Assembly: GCA_012295275.1 (NCBI GenBank)
Contig: CM022676.1
Span: 1,426,001 to 1,490,000, forward strand
DNA length: 64,000 nucleotides
Direction: 5' to 3'
Origin: Chrysomallon squamiferum
Lineage: Eukaryota; Animalia; Mollusca
The position numbers and the translations under genes were made by a program. The notes under the pieces are model-generated. The model worked only from the letters and a program-made list of their open reading frames with translations, was not told the origin of the DNA and did no database searches. Positions 12,006 to 24,400 of the stretch are shown here, piece after piece. How positions within the stretch are numbered: the stretch's first letter is position 1; every line of letters starts with the position of its first letter.

Positions 12006-12369
12006 CTAGTAGTGTCGATGATAGGAGTTTCATATCAGTAGATATCAGTAGCTCTGAAATTACAGAGAAAAAATACATTATTTTAATAAAACCAGTATAA
12101 ATAAATAAATAAATAAGAAAATTAATAAATTTAAAATTATATGACTGAAAAAAAAAATGAAAAAAACAGTTTTCAGTGTTGTGTTTTCTTTAAGAGCTGG
12201 ACTGACACAGTGATAGAAATAATCATTTCCTAGAGAATTAGTCAACACATCCAAATATTCCAACATTTTGCCTATACAGTCCTAGAAACAAAACACTCAA
12301 TGTACAATGTTAATAGTAAAAACTATTAACAGAAATTGTAAACATTTGTCTATTTGTTATTATTAAAAT

Positions 12370-12928
12370 GTAGTTAGTAGAAGACATCATAATGTTTTAA
12401 CAGTAGTAATAATATCAACAGCAGTAGTAGTAGTTGCAGGAGTTGTAGTAATACTAGCAATAGAAATAGTAGTATCAGTGGTACTGTTGATTGTAGTAGT
12501 TTCCACAGCAGCAGTTGTAGTAGTTTTAATATTACTAACAGTAGTAGTAGCAGCAGTAGCAGTTGTAGTAGCAGTAGTAGCATAGTAACAGCAGCAGCAG
12601 AATTTGTTATTGTGGTATTTGTGGTAACAATACTAGGAGTAGTAATAGTAATAGTGGTAATAGTTGTAGTATTAGTAGTAACAGTGGTAGTAGCAGAAGT
12701 AGCAATATTAATAGCTAACTGATAATACTGGACAATTACATATACTACTACTAATATTAATAATAAAAATAATAATAATGACAGTAACAATAAGAAGAAG
12801 AAGAAGAGAAAATAAGAAACATATAAATATAAAAATAATTTCTTATTACTGGAATAAGCATTATGCAATGAATATAGAAACCTTTAATCGGTTTTATTAT
12901 TATTATTATTGTTATTATTATTATTAGT

Positions 12929-12960
<32 letters not shown>

Positions 12961-13210
12961 ATACTATTATTATTATTATTATTATTAATATCTTTTTAAT
13001 TTCAGTATTAATTTTTATTGCTGTTTTCATTGTTGCTGCTTCTACACATAGTAGTAGTAGTAGTAGTAGCAGTAGTAGTATTGGCAACATCATCATTAAT
13101 AATGGATTATTTTGGAGGTGATTTTTTTTTTCTTTTTTTTTTTCTGTTATTTTCTTATTCTTTTTCTTCTTTTTGTCTGTTGCAGTAGTTCTTTTTGATG
13201 TCAATAATAA
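12370..13210. repeat. Degenerate (AGT/AAT/AGC)n trinucleotide low-complexity tract
   Basis: Runs of agtagt, agcagc and tattat. Source of the poly-L/T/S ORFs in the track. Confidence 0.85.
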
Positions 13211-13216
13211 TACTAA

Positions 13217-14140
13217 GGGTCATTCCGTGTCAAATCACCCAAAAAAAAAGAAATTTAAACCCGACCGTCTCAGATTTTTATAAAACTTGGTATACTTGTT
13301 GACTGGGATCCCACAGCACCAAATCTGAAATATTAGCCCAATCAGACCAGTGGTGTTGGAGATACGGCCCACGGAATTTTGAGATTTTTTGCCAAAAATG
13401 GGTGTGACCACCAACCTTAGAACCCTCATATCTCAGGAACTACTGGGCCAATCTTCATAAAGTTAGTATAGTTAGAAAGGCAAAATGACAAGGATACCAA
13501 ATCTGCCATTTTTGTTTAGTTTGGAAAATATTGGAGTACCTTGACCTTTTGACCTTTGCTATGACCTTGAAATTGACCGTGTGGATCATTGATCTTGAGA
13601 TGACCTTTATTGAAATTTAATCTCCCACATGTTAACTAAAATATATAAAAGTTTCCTGGGTGTTTTTTTTGTTTAGCCACAATATAGATTTAAAAATGCA
13701 CATACCTGAAAATAACACCTTTTCAGCCATTAACATCTGATTGACTAAAACCTGAATGATCAATTCTGGATGCTAGGAATCACCATCTCTTGATCATCGA
13801 GTAAGACATTGTAGGCCTGCATGTATGCATAAAGTTCACATATAAAAGTTTCCTGGGTATAATATTTTTGGTATCCTTGTCATTTTGCCTTTCTAACAAT
13901 ACCAATTTTATGAAGATTGGCCCAGTAGTTCCTGAGATATGAGGGTTCTAAGGTTGGTGGTCACACCCATTTTGGCAAAAATCTCAAAATTCCGTGGGCC
14001 GTATCTCCCACACCATTGGTCTGATTGGGCTAATATTTCAGATTTGGTGCTGTGGGATCCCAGTCAACAAGTATACCAAGTTTCATAAAAATCTGAGACG
14101 TCGGGTTTAAACCATTGGGTGATTTGACACGGAATGACCC
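13217..14140. mobile_element. Non-autonomous long-TIR DNA transposon (MITE), Sola2-like
   Basis: Termini GGGTCATTCCGTGTCAAATCACCCA and TGGGTGATTTGACACGGAATGACCC. TIRs of ~280 bp (13217-~13500 vs ~13867-14140). 4-bp TSD CTAA (13213-13216 and 14141-14144). GRG termini, 4-bp TSD and long TIRs fit Sola2; the superfamily call is inference. Confidence 0.85.
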
Positions 14141-14479
14141 CTAACGATAATAATACTAATTATAATTATTATTATTAGTGTTGATGTGTTCGTCATTGTA
14201 TTACTGTCGCTGTAATTACTACTGTCTTCATTATTTTGTTGTTTTCAGATAACTAGTTTATGTATTTTGTGTTGTTGTTACGTTTCCATAATGAGTGACA
14301 GCATCATGAGCATGTTTTTTCAAAATTTCAGTAATCAAAATTATGAAATAATACATTTTCGGAAAGAGAAAGAGAAAAGAAAAAAGAAGAACAAAAAATA
14401 CCTAACATAACATTTATAAAGAAAACTCAACATTACGCTGCCATGGCATATTCAGTACAAAACAAATCGGAGAAGAGAA

Positions 14480-14790
14480 TATTGTGAGTTTTTCGAGCTT
14501 TCTGCCCCGCTGACTAGAACTGGTAGCTGATCGGCTATGTCCGGAACTCTTCTCGCGAAAGACAATTATGCTAACGTATCGTTATCGTAGTTGACCGGAA
14601 ACATTTCACTTCTGTCACGAAGTCAAATACATTTTATCTTTACTAATTATTATTATTATTATTACAGGTACCGGGCTAATTATCCGGCGTCCTGAAATCC
14701 GGAAAGACCAGAAAACCTAAAAAATTTTCCCGACGCTATTTTCATAGTTCGCGCGCGTGGGTGTTGTCCTGACCAGACCGGAAGTAATCT
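14480..14790. promoter_or_regulatory. CpG-enriched promoter-like patch upstream of the minus-strand LRR remnant
   Basis: Local CpG enrichment, a TCTCGCGA motif (~14551) and several CCGGAA ETS-like cores (~14541, ~14595, ~14699, ~14778). The right part may be a pogo-like transposon end (TACAGG... at ~14662). Confidence 0.3.
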
Positions 14791-15313
14791 TTCAAGCCAA
14801 TAAAAAAAAATACTTTATCATTTAATTTTTATGAAGATATATATATAATGCTCGTGTAGATAATACTTCACTATCATTTCCTCGTTGTCTAGCCATGGTC
14901 AAAAATTATTATATGATAGAAAAAGTAATATCACAAATAAATTTGCAAGGGGACGATCATATTAAAATGTGGTGCCTCTTTGTTGCGGTACTAGAAGCCA
15001 TTGAATACGCACTCCTTGTGTAATTTTCTCTGTTAGATCGGTTTTGGATCGGTGATTAATAATCGTTTGAAAGTTTAATTAAAATCCGAAAGAAGAAAAA
15101 AAAAGATAAAGTAAAATAATAAAATAAAATAAAATAATGTTATACCCGAGTGGTTATTTTTACCATTACCTATTTATACATGTTATGTTTATTATTAATG
15201 CTCATTAGATGTATCATCTAAACTGATACACGGTGGACCGACAAGTGTATTACACTGACGAGAGCAATAAACATGTTGATTATGAAATTAGCAAATACCG
15301 AAAGCGAAAAACC

Positions 15314-15358
<45 letters not shown>

Positions 15359-16026
15359 TTGCTGTTTGTTGTCGTTGTCAGTTGCAGTAGTAGCAGCTGT
15401 AGTAGTGATAGTAATTGCAATATATAAAAAACAGCATTAAGAATGTAATTTCATTACTACAACTATTAAACATTACAATATCAACTAAACTGAAATTCAC
15501 ATGATTGAAAGTATGTTAATAATACGCATTATTAAAAATAATAATAATAAAGAAATTATAATAAAAATGTGAAATAAATTCTACAAAGAAGTATTTGCTC
15601 TAACGCAGTCATAGCGTTCTTCAGAGTTTACCAAGAATAATTCTTAATCGCATTAATTAATTTATGTTTACTATTGCTGTTTCTTCTCGTTGTTAGCTGT
15701 AGTAGTTGAAGTAGTATGAGTAACAACTGCAGTAGTAGTAGCAGCAGTAATGACAGCAGTTGTAAAATATATACATAAAAGAAAACACACAAAAAAACTC
15801 ATCTTAAACTAAAAGAAAGTTATACTCTATTGCAGCTGTGAAAGGGTAAAATGGCGGAACTCGCATCTGTTGTATCAACGTTATTTAAGTGGATCAAACT
15901 TTATTATCTGCAAAGATAAGACGCTGAAAATAATAAAGTAACAACTTGGAAGTGTAGACAATTAATTTATTCTTAATAGTTTTGACAAGACAAATAAAAT
16001 TTTCATCCGTTTTCAATAAGCTAATT

Positions 16027-18689
16027 TTATAATGATTTCGTACAAATGGCTTTGTGGTCAGGGTCATTATCACCAGTACGACACTGCCACTCTCCAGCAT
16101 CTTTTTTACTGAACTTTTCTATTGTTATTTTAAACTCCCAGCGTGAAATAACATCACCATGGTAGCCATCAACAAATTTCTGACAAAGCGTGGAGATTAA
16201 ATCACATTCGATAACGATACTGCCGTCAGGCCGAACAGCACTTAGGCCATATGTAATGTTATTATTCACCACGCAGTTCATTATCGATATTTGACCGATC
16301 TTCGGCCTACCCAAACACGTAAGTCTTGGGCTTACAGGGCTATCTATTTGTCAAGAAATAAGAGTCATTTAATACAAACGTCAGCTATAATGAGAATAAA
16401 AAGAATGTTAATTATTAAAACTATTTCTGACGATACACGCCGGACATCACAATATTTAATAATTTAATTTGTGTTTAAATTTAATTTACTTGATTCTTTG
16501 TTCAGTGAAAACGGAACAAGTTAAAACCAACTGAATATTTAAGCGCGTAAATTCGCAATGATTTTCTGAACGGCGTAAATCAAAAGAGCTTCAAGGCGGA
16601 GTGTACACTGACACGTGAAGTCATTCATGAAACTAACACTGTTGGTCCTGAAAATGCTGAAGTGCATACTCAAAACACTGAACTGACATACACTAGTACT
16701 GATAGCAGTTACACCTTTGTACAACACATACACTAGTACTGAGCAGTTACACCTTTGTACAACTCACATAAAACACTCACAGAACTTTGTACAACTCACA
16801 TACACTACTACTCACAGCAGTTATACCTTTGTACAACTCACATACACTACTACTCACAGCAGTTACACCTTTGTACAACTCACATACACTACTACTCACA
16901 GCAGTTACACCTTTGTACAACTCACATACACTACTACTGAAAGCAGTTATACCTTTGTACAACTCACATACACTAGTACTGATAGCAGTTACACCTTTGT
17001 ACAACTCACATACACTACTACTGATAGCAGTTACACCTTTGTACAACTCACATACACTACTACTCACAGCAGTTACTCCTTAGTACAACTCACATACACT
17101 AGTACTGATAGCAGTTACACCTTTGTACAACTCACATACACTAGTACTGATAGCAGTTACACCTTTGTACAACTCACATACACTAGTACTGATAGCAGTT
17201 GCACCTTTGTACAACTCACATACACTAGTACTGATAGCAGTTACACCTTTGTACAAGTCACATACACTAGTACTGATAGCAGTTACTCCTTTGTACAACT
17301 AACATACACTAATACTGACAGCAGTTACACTTTTGTAGGACTCACATAAACTAGTACTGGCAGCAGTTACACCTTTGTAGAACTCACATACTTAAAATAG
17401 TTAGAATGCTAGGAACACCAGAACTGATAAAGCAGATGCATATATTTAGAACGTACAAACAGCAGTACTGAGAAAATAACCATGTAGAAATTAACGACAG
17501 ACCAGATTTTGCAGACATTTCATTTACAAATTGGAAATTTTAGGCCAATCGGAACAATGGTTTGGGAGATACGCCCCCCACACACACACGAATTTGTAGA
17601 TTTTGGGCCAAAATGGGGGTGACCCACCAACCTTTGTACCCTCATATCTCAGGAACTACTGGGCCAGTCGTCATAAAATTGGTACTGTTGAAAAGGCAAT
17701 ATGACAAGGTTTCCAAATCTGCCATTATTGTTCAGTCTGAAGATTGTTGGGGTACACTGACCTTTTGACCTTTGTGTACATCCTTTTTATCAGCATTATT
17801 TGACATATTTCAAAATATGAAATGTTATTAACAACACACTAAAATTACATAGAGTGTGTACAAGCGTATTGCAACATCCTGCATTTAACAAAAAGGCTAC
17901 CAAATGTTAGTTTGCACCTATCAAGGAAATAATGAAATATTTGGAATCCTTATCAAATCAGCTTTCCAGTGATACCATTGTAAGGTTAAAATTTAACTTT
18001 ATTGGTGTGTGTTTGTGGGGGGATGATTTGACATGGAATGACCACGAAATCGTCTTCAGTTGCAGAGTTATCTGCCTGCTGACATGGGTCACGTGAATTG
18101 TCTCTTACAGATGTGAAATATGGCAGAACTTGTCTGAACTACACCATTGTCATTGCAGTCTACATTTACATTTTTATGACATATTAACTGATTTTTTGTG
18201 CTTTTCTAAGTGAAATAATTTTATGATGTAACTTTTTAAAATCTATTTTAATATTAACGACATATTTTTTTCATGAATTATTATTTATGATGTTTTATTT
18301 ATTTATTTTTTAACAATAATATTATTTGTTTTTAACGTTTCATTAATGGTTTCATTCCCTCTATTCTTTAATGCATTTTTTTAGGGCAATTTTGTCCCAT
18401 ATTTTAGCTTTTAAAACGAGTTCGCGACCGAAGCTGGTGAAAGGTGGCATATGGCATATGGTTTTGCCACGTTTCAGCGTTTTTTAGAAGAAAAATAATA
18501 AAATAACATTTTAAAAGAAAACAACTAATATTATTATTATTATTATTGTTGTTGTTGTTGTTGTTGTTGTCTTTATATTATTTTAGAAGAATTTTCATGA
18601 ATAAGAGATTATTGGAAATATAACTAACCAAAACACACGCCAACAGACATCAGAAAAGTCATCAGGAATAAGTTTCCCTTAAATGCCAT
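16027..18689 (-). CDS. Secreted single-Ig-domain protein (exon-loss paralogue), predicted 125 aa
   Basis: Signal exon 18629-18689 (MAFKGNLFLMTFLMSVGVCF+G, phase 1) joins exon 16027-16343 (DSPVSPRLTCLGRPKIGQISIMNC...FKITIEKFSKKDAGEWQC...CTKSL*). 61+317=378 nt, in frame. Expression unknown. Confidence 0.6.
16685..17392. repeat. 42-bp minisatellite, ~17 copies, intronic
   Basis: Unit TTGTACAACTCACATACACTA(G/C)TACT(GAT/CAC)AGCAGTTACACCT. Confidence 0.92.
17535..18043. mobile_element. Degenerate relative of the Sola2-like element (partial left TIR, internal piece, right terminus)
   Basis: CCCTCATATCTCAGGAACTACTGGGCC and ATGACAAGG...CAAATCTGCCATT match the left TIR of the 13217 element. The end TGATTTGACATGGAATGACC matches its right terminus. 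17790-18000 matches 35340-35750. Confidence 0.75.
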
Positions 18690-21086
18690 ATTTAAACCTT
18701 CAGTTCTTCGGTCCTCTGACTTAAGCTATATTTCTAGGGAAAAAAAGAAGAAATGATTGATATAATTTATTATTGTCGCTGTTTGTTTATTGTTAATGTT
18801 TTAAATAAATAAAAATGAATGTAAAAGCCTACCTAAAAAGTAAGGATAATGATAAAGAACTTACATATTCTGATTCCCTATAATTTCGTTTGTGGTTGTT
18901 TTCCGTCAACAAATATTTCGTGCACCAACGATTACCAACGAGTTTCATAAAGAACCGTGCGGTCCAACTGTCCAAGACTAAGATGGAAACAATTGATGTG
19001 TCTAAAACTGCATGTATGATACATGCAGGAGAATGCTTGGACTCCTTCAAATATAAACCCAGGAATCCTGGTCTCCTCAGATAGAACAGGCAATCACCGG
19101 ACGTCGTTATTATTAGAAAAAAATATATAAACAAACATCACTACTTTTCAGATTCAACTCAAAGTACACACATCTCGCTACTCAACCGAGATTCCTGAGG
19201 AAGAGGATCAAGACGTCATCATAGACACATTGCAGGAAACCCTTCAAAATAATCCTTCTTAACAGCTTGCAATTATGGCTTTGATTCAACACTTAAAAAT
19301 GAAAACACGTGAAGAAAACCAGGTCTTGGGAAGAAATAGTTCTGGAATCATGAAATTTAATTTAAACCTAGCGTTGGGTGACAACAGCATAAAGATATTC
19401 CACATGCGTTCATTGACAGTTCAAAGCTATGTGAGAAAATAAATCTTGAAACCTTCTAAAGATTAGAGAAGATCCTTGATCACAAAACATAAAAACCAGA
19501 AGATGGATTAAACACAGGTATTTGCTGAAAGAAAACAAACAAAATGGAAAATGAATGCTTCCAGCTGACTGAGATTCAAAGATCCCGCTTTAAGAATAGG
19601 TACTCTGAGCTGAACATTATAACGAAATAAAATAAACTTTAGAAGAAGGTAAAGTAGTGTAAACTGAACAAATTTTGGAATCTTTCAGAAATAACCTTTT
19701 AAGGCATTCGCATTTCCGCAAGACAGACAAACTGGTTACAGAGCTATGGTATTTTCAACACTTTTGGTCAAGTACAAATTTTCTGCGGTTTTTTTCTACT
19801 TAACGTAATAACAAAAGCTGCTACTCGTAAAATAAATGTTAATAGTTTATTGTTTTACAGGTGAGATCTACATACACGGAATATGAATGACAATCCGTTT
19901 ATGTTATATATCCTTCATTTTTTTTTTTTTTCCAAACATTCAATTTTTCTTGAAATTTAATTGTTCCGATATTTATTTTACAAATATATTTATCTGCGTA
20001 ATACTATATGTTCAGAATATTTTTGAATCCAGTTAAATTAGTTGTTGGTGTTTGCATTTTGATTTATGTATATACTGCTTGGCAGTTAACTTTATTATAA
20101 TTATCTTTCTTCCTATTTTCAGAATGATTATGATTGCCTTCAATTACTATTTGTGCATTGATTTGTTGTCAACAATATGCAGTTAATAATTTGCCATAGA
20201 ATATTTTATGTTATAATTGAGTCATTTTAAACACAAAATGAACAATATCTATATATATATATATATTCTTTAGCAGACTACGTTATTATATATGAGATGC
20301 CAATTATTTCCTAGCACAGAGATGATGAAAACTCTGATTACTGTATATGCAAAAATAAACCAAGTATCTGCAAAAGGCAGAGAGAAAATGGTTCACGTCA
20401 CTCGTGAAGGTCATATTGCAGATTTTGAGCGTCATTACTGGAAAAAAAAAAATAATCCAAACAGGAATTACGTGTCGATTCATTGTCCGGATTTGGTCTA
20501 TTTTTCAAGTGGACACGAAACATATCAAAATACTGAAATACAGATCATCATTTGTAACAGCACTAATAATATTTTGAAATGGAAGACTGTGTTTATTTAT
20601 AGATATATTCAGCAAAAGAAACTAATTTACATTTTATGTTTTTCGACAAATTTCACCAAGAATTATAGATTATTTACCGATGCCTACTGTTTCTATAACA
20701 AAATGACTATATTTAAAGATGGGCAACAAAAGGGCACGAGAATAATATTCAGAAATATCCATTAGTTGAGCACAACGATTCGGCCAGTGTTGGATCAATG
20801 TTCTGGACCTTGGAGCTTGAACCGTTCCCCGCAACCAGTAATTCACTTTAGTGAATACGTTTCACACACACACTAAAACAGAATGATGAATAAAACAGAG
20901 AAAATTCCAGTCACTTCAGTGTTTTATTTCAGTTGTTTTAAGAATATACATAAATCGAAGTGCTCTATATTATTTGGAGGAAATCACGACTTTCCGAGTA
21001 GTTATGGATGCGTCCTATGTACCAAATTGTTTACTGAAAATATTTATTAAGTATTAACTTAAAATGGACAACCGACAACATTAAAA

Positions 21087-21425
21087 ATGGATGATAGCAT
21101 TCACAAACCGGGTCTTTACAAATGGAAAAGACAGACACCAACGAGATTATATTCTAGGTCGCAAGTAAGTAGAAAATTTTGTTATATCGCAGTTCTAATC
21201 ATAAACCATTGTGACTGTCAATTACTAAAAGTAGAAAACATTACCTTAAAAATGGATATCATTCACAAACCGGGTCTTAATAAATGGAAAAGACAGACAC
21301 AACGAGATTATATTCATGATCGCAAGTAAGTAGCAATTTATGTTATCATAAAGATAAACCATTGAGACTACCAACTACTAGAAATCAGTAATAGTGAAAA
21401 TTGTGATAACAACATAATTAATATA

Positions 21426-21499
<74 letters not shown>

Positions 21500-24400
21500 C
21501 ATTAAAATTTACTTATCACTAGTGTACTAGTAACAACTGTCACTAAAAGTTGTGAGTAAATGGCATCAAAAATTATATCACTGAAAGGTTCTGACAGCTG
21601 TCTTTAAAGGTACTATGATGTGTCGCTAAAGATACTAATATTACTTTCTCATGTAATTGTAATTTTTCTGTTTAAAATTTATTTTATTTTATTTTCAGAA
21701 TTTTTTTTTGTGATTTTTACTAATTTAAAAACAAATAAATTAATATTATTATTATAAAATAATTAGGTATTACTGTAGCATATTTTATAAATTGTTGGGG
21801 TTTTAAATATTTTGTTGGATTTTTGTCAACAAATGATATTTGGTTTCTTCTTGACCTCCTCATTATTATCATCATCATCATCATCATCATATATTAATCT
21901 TATATTTGCTCTGTAATAAAAATTAAAAACTGTAAGCAATACCTTCTGGTTACTTAGAAAGTGGAAGATGCTACTAATACAGCAGCCAAAGCGACATTCG
22001 GAGACCGCAGTGTGTATGGACGAGGAGGAGGGAGATATGCAGCACTGCAGTCAGTACAGCAGCTTCATGAGCACGATGAAATACACAGTGAAGGTAAACT
22101 TCTTAAATAATATTAATTAATACAAGATAATAGAAATTTTATATTGTATAACTGTGTATGTTTATTAATATGTGGGTGATACATTTTCTTTTATTTTTTA
22201 AAGTTTTTATGCTATATATGTATGTTTGTGGTGAGTATGTGTATTAGTGTATGTTTGTATGTGTTTGTGTATCTGTCTGTATGTATGTAAGCATGCATGA
22301 TGTGCACTTTACAGTTGCCTGATTGCCCATGGTGAATCAAAAGAGTGTTGGACAAGACAAAATTTTACCATCAATCCCCCAGTTCTGTATTATTATTCGG
22401 TATCAAAATGCAAATAACTAATGTCTGAACGAAAGTGGGATCTTATTTTGGGGGGTCATTATTATGTGCTGATTACTGTCAATCTGTGCATGATGAAACA
22501 CACATAGGACATGATAGCAACTCCTTCCTCAGTCTGTTGAACAGTCTGAAAATATTCAGAAAATCACAGCCACATAAACATATTTTTAGGTGCATTTGGA
22601 ATATCTCGGCTATGTCTGCCTTGGGCCCATGAGATTTTATGTAAGTAAACTGTGTAGAAACATTTTTATTTTTTTATCAAATATACCAAGTCTACTGCAC
22701 CAAAAACGAAGTAGTTGCTGATGATGTCAACAAAAGCTGTTGTTGCCTGGGCACATGTGGGTGTTGTTTGAAGTTCAGATTAACTGAACTGTTGATAGGT
22801 GACTATCAACAAACAACTTGTTGTTTGTCTTTTAGTATGTTGCCTACATCCAATGAGCACATGCTATGCACATGTAAATGGTAAACTTGTTAGTAGTCAC
22901 AAATATTATTTTGGCCATAAAAGCAGTTCATTCATTCTAGGACTGAGCTTTACTAAAACATTCCAGATGTTTGAATGGGTGGGTCCTTTGACAGCATATT
23001 AATAATTTAATTACAGCAGTTTTTAATAAAACTAAAACCGTTTCTGTTTCCTTCTTTTGTGTTGTTATTGTATGTTTTATGATATGATCACCTATTTCAA
23101 ATGATCACATATTAAGTGAAAGATAATGAAAAAAATTCGGTCATGGGCCATTTAAAAGTTGTTGTTCAAGTTGCTGTGAGTGGCTCGATTGTACATACTT
23201 ATTTGTGTTTACAACTTGTAAATATATTGTACATTATTTTAACATGTACAGATTAATATGCAATTAAAAAGTTCTCTGATACACACACACACACACACAC
23301 ATACATATACATCCAGGCACACATGCATATTGCTTATGTTGTAATTTCAGCACAAGACTTTATTATTTATTGTTTATGGTGAAATCAATCTGAAAATAAT
23401 GTTGTAATTTTTACTAATAATTACTTTAAATGTATCAGGATTAATACAAGAAATATCCACACTGATCTCTTCACTGGTTTGATTACATCACATCTTCTGA
23501 AAGTTTATTAAGCAGATAATACTAGCTTGTTAAATATTTTACAAACCAATGTATTATTAAATGAGAGATTAAGAAAATAATAATAATATCAGTGATTTAG
23601 TAAATATAAAACTATCCTCTTTTGTGATTGTTTAGAATCTCATTACTCATTTAACAAACAAAAATACTGACAGAGATTTTAATTTGAAGTAAAATCAGAA
23701 TAAAATTTGATCTACTCCACTATAACTTGCAGAATTTACACAGTTCTTGGTTAAATTTCAGACATTCTTCACAAAATATTGTGATTAAAGATTCTATTTT
23801 CTCTTGGAACTTGACAGTTAAAATTAACTCTGGATATTTTATTTCTGTTGCAGCACAAGCACTGCATGAACATAATGGAAAAGAAAAGTCAGTGTTTCTA
23901 TAAAAAGAGTCTCCTGTACAAAACTGTCACAGCGTGGGCACAGTACACTATGGTTGAAAAAATTGCATCATGGGAAAAAGGGAGAACAGCAAAAGAACTT
24001 TATCTAAGGTTGGATGTTAATCATCAGAAGTATTTTTAGTTCTGTGTTTTAGAAGTTTTATTACTATATTTATTCAATACGTTTTTACTTCATTTGTATT
24101 TTTATTGCTGAAGACTACTTTTAGTTTTAATATATTGGCAGAAATATCTCTCCGTAATAAAACCTATTGCAGTTTTAAGTCATTTTAATGTTTATAAAGT
24201 AGCTGGCATGATTATAAGACATTCCCCAGGCAATTCCTCCTGGTCATTTCCCCTAGGATATTTCCCCCCATATCTCTATTATATTCATTATTAACATAGT
24301 GTGTATATTATAATATTTTATATTATATTTTAAGCTTATTAATATCTTATTTTATGTAAGTGATGGGGTGTTTTTGAGCAGGGAAATGAGCAGATGTAAT

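Larger units (their letters stand above)
2020..12053 (-). pseudogene. Decayed LRR gene (RI-like/NLR-type LRRs), multi-exon remnant
   Basis: Minus-strand exon-like blocks. 11597-12053 (AG/GT bounded): LLISTDMKLLSSTLLENTGLTELDLSSNGLSDKTAL...IKGLVAALT. ~10690-10992: KFTNLKHVSLRKAELNSSTFGQLPLLMSLTQLATINLDW, with frameshift and stop. 2758-2874: GMLGNMMHCPAILTDKGNSHLLTLSLGDVLDIAAMLKGH. ~2020-2275: RNASIQKLESL, broken. Interrupted by the LINE. Grouping these blocks as one gene is inference. Confidence 0.55.

Noticed and set aside
12374-13204. Poly-Leu/Thr/Ser ORFs (similar ones at 11081-11506, 26896-27319, 54806-55153, 60971-61198)
   Set aside because: Translations of microsatellites and low-complexity DNA.
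16717-17349. 210-aa Thr/Ser-rich ORF
   Set aside because: Product of the 42-bp minisatellite, antisense within an intron, with a non-ATG start and no splice support.
18829-19700. Short ORFs duplicated at 36576-37450
   Set aside because: Shared only because of the segmental duplication. Possibly a very decayed LINE ORF1 remnant, but no motif I can name with confidence.
22435-22632. 65-aa ORF conserved at 40753-40950
   Set aside because: Intronic, non-ATG start, no splice signals; the conservation reflects the recent duplication or conversion.
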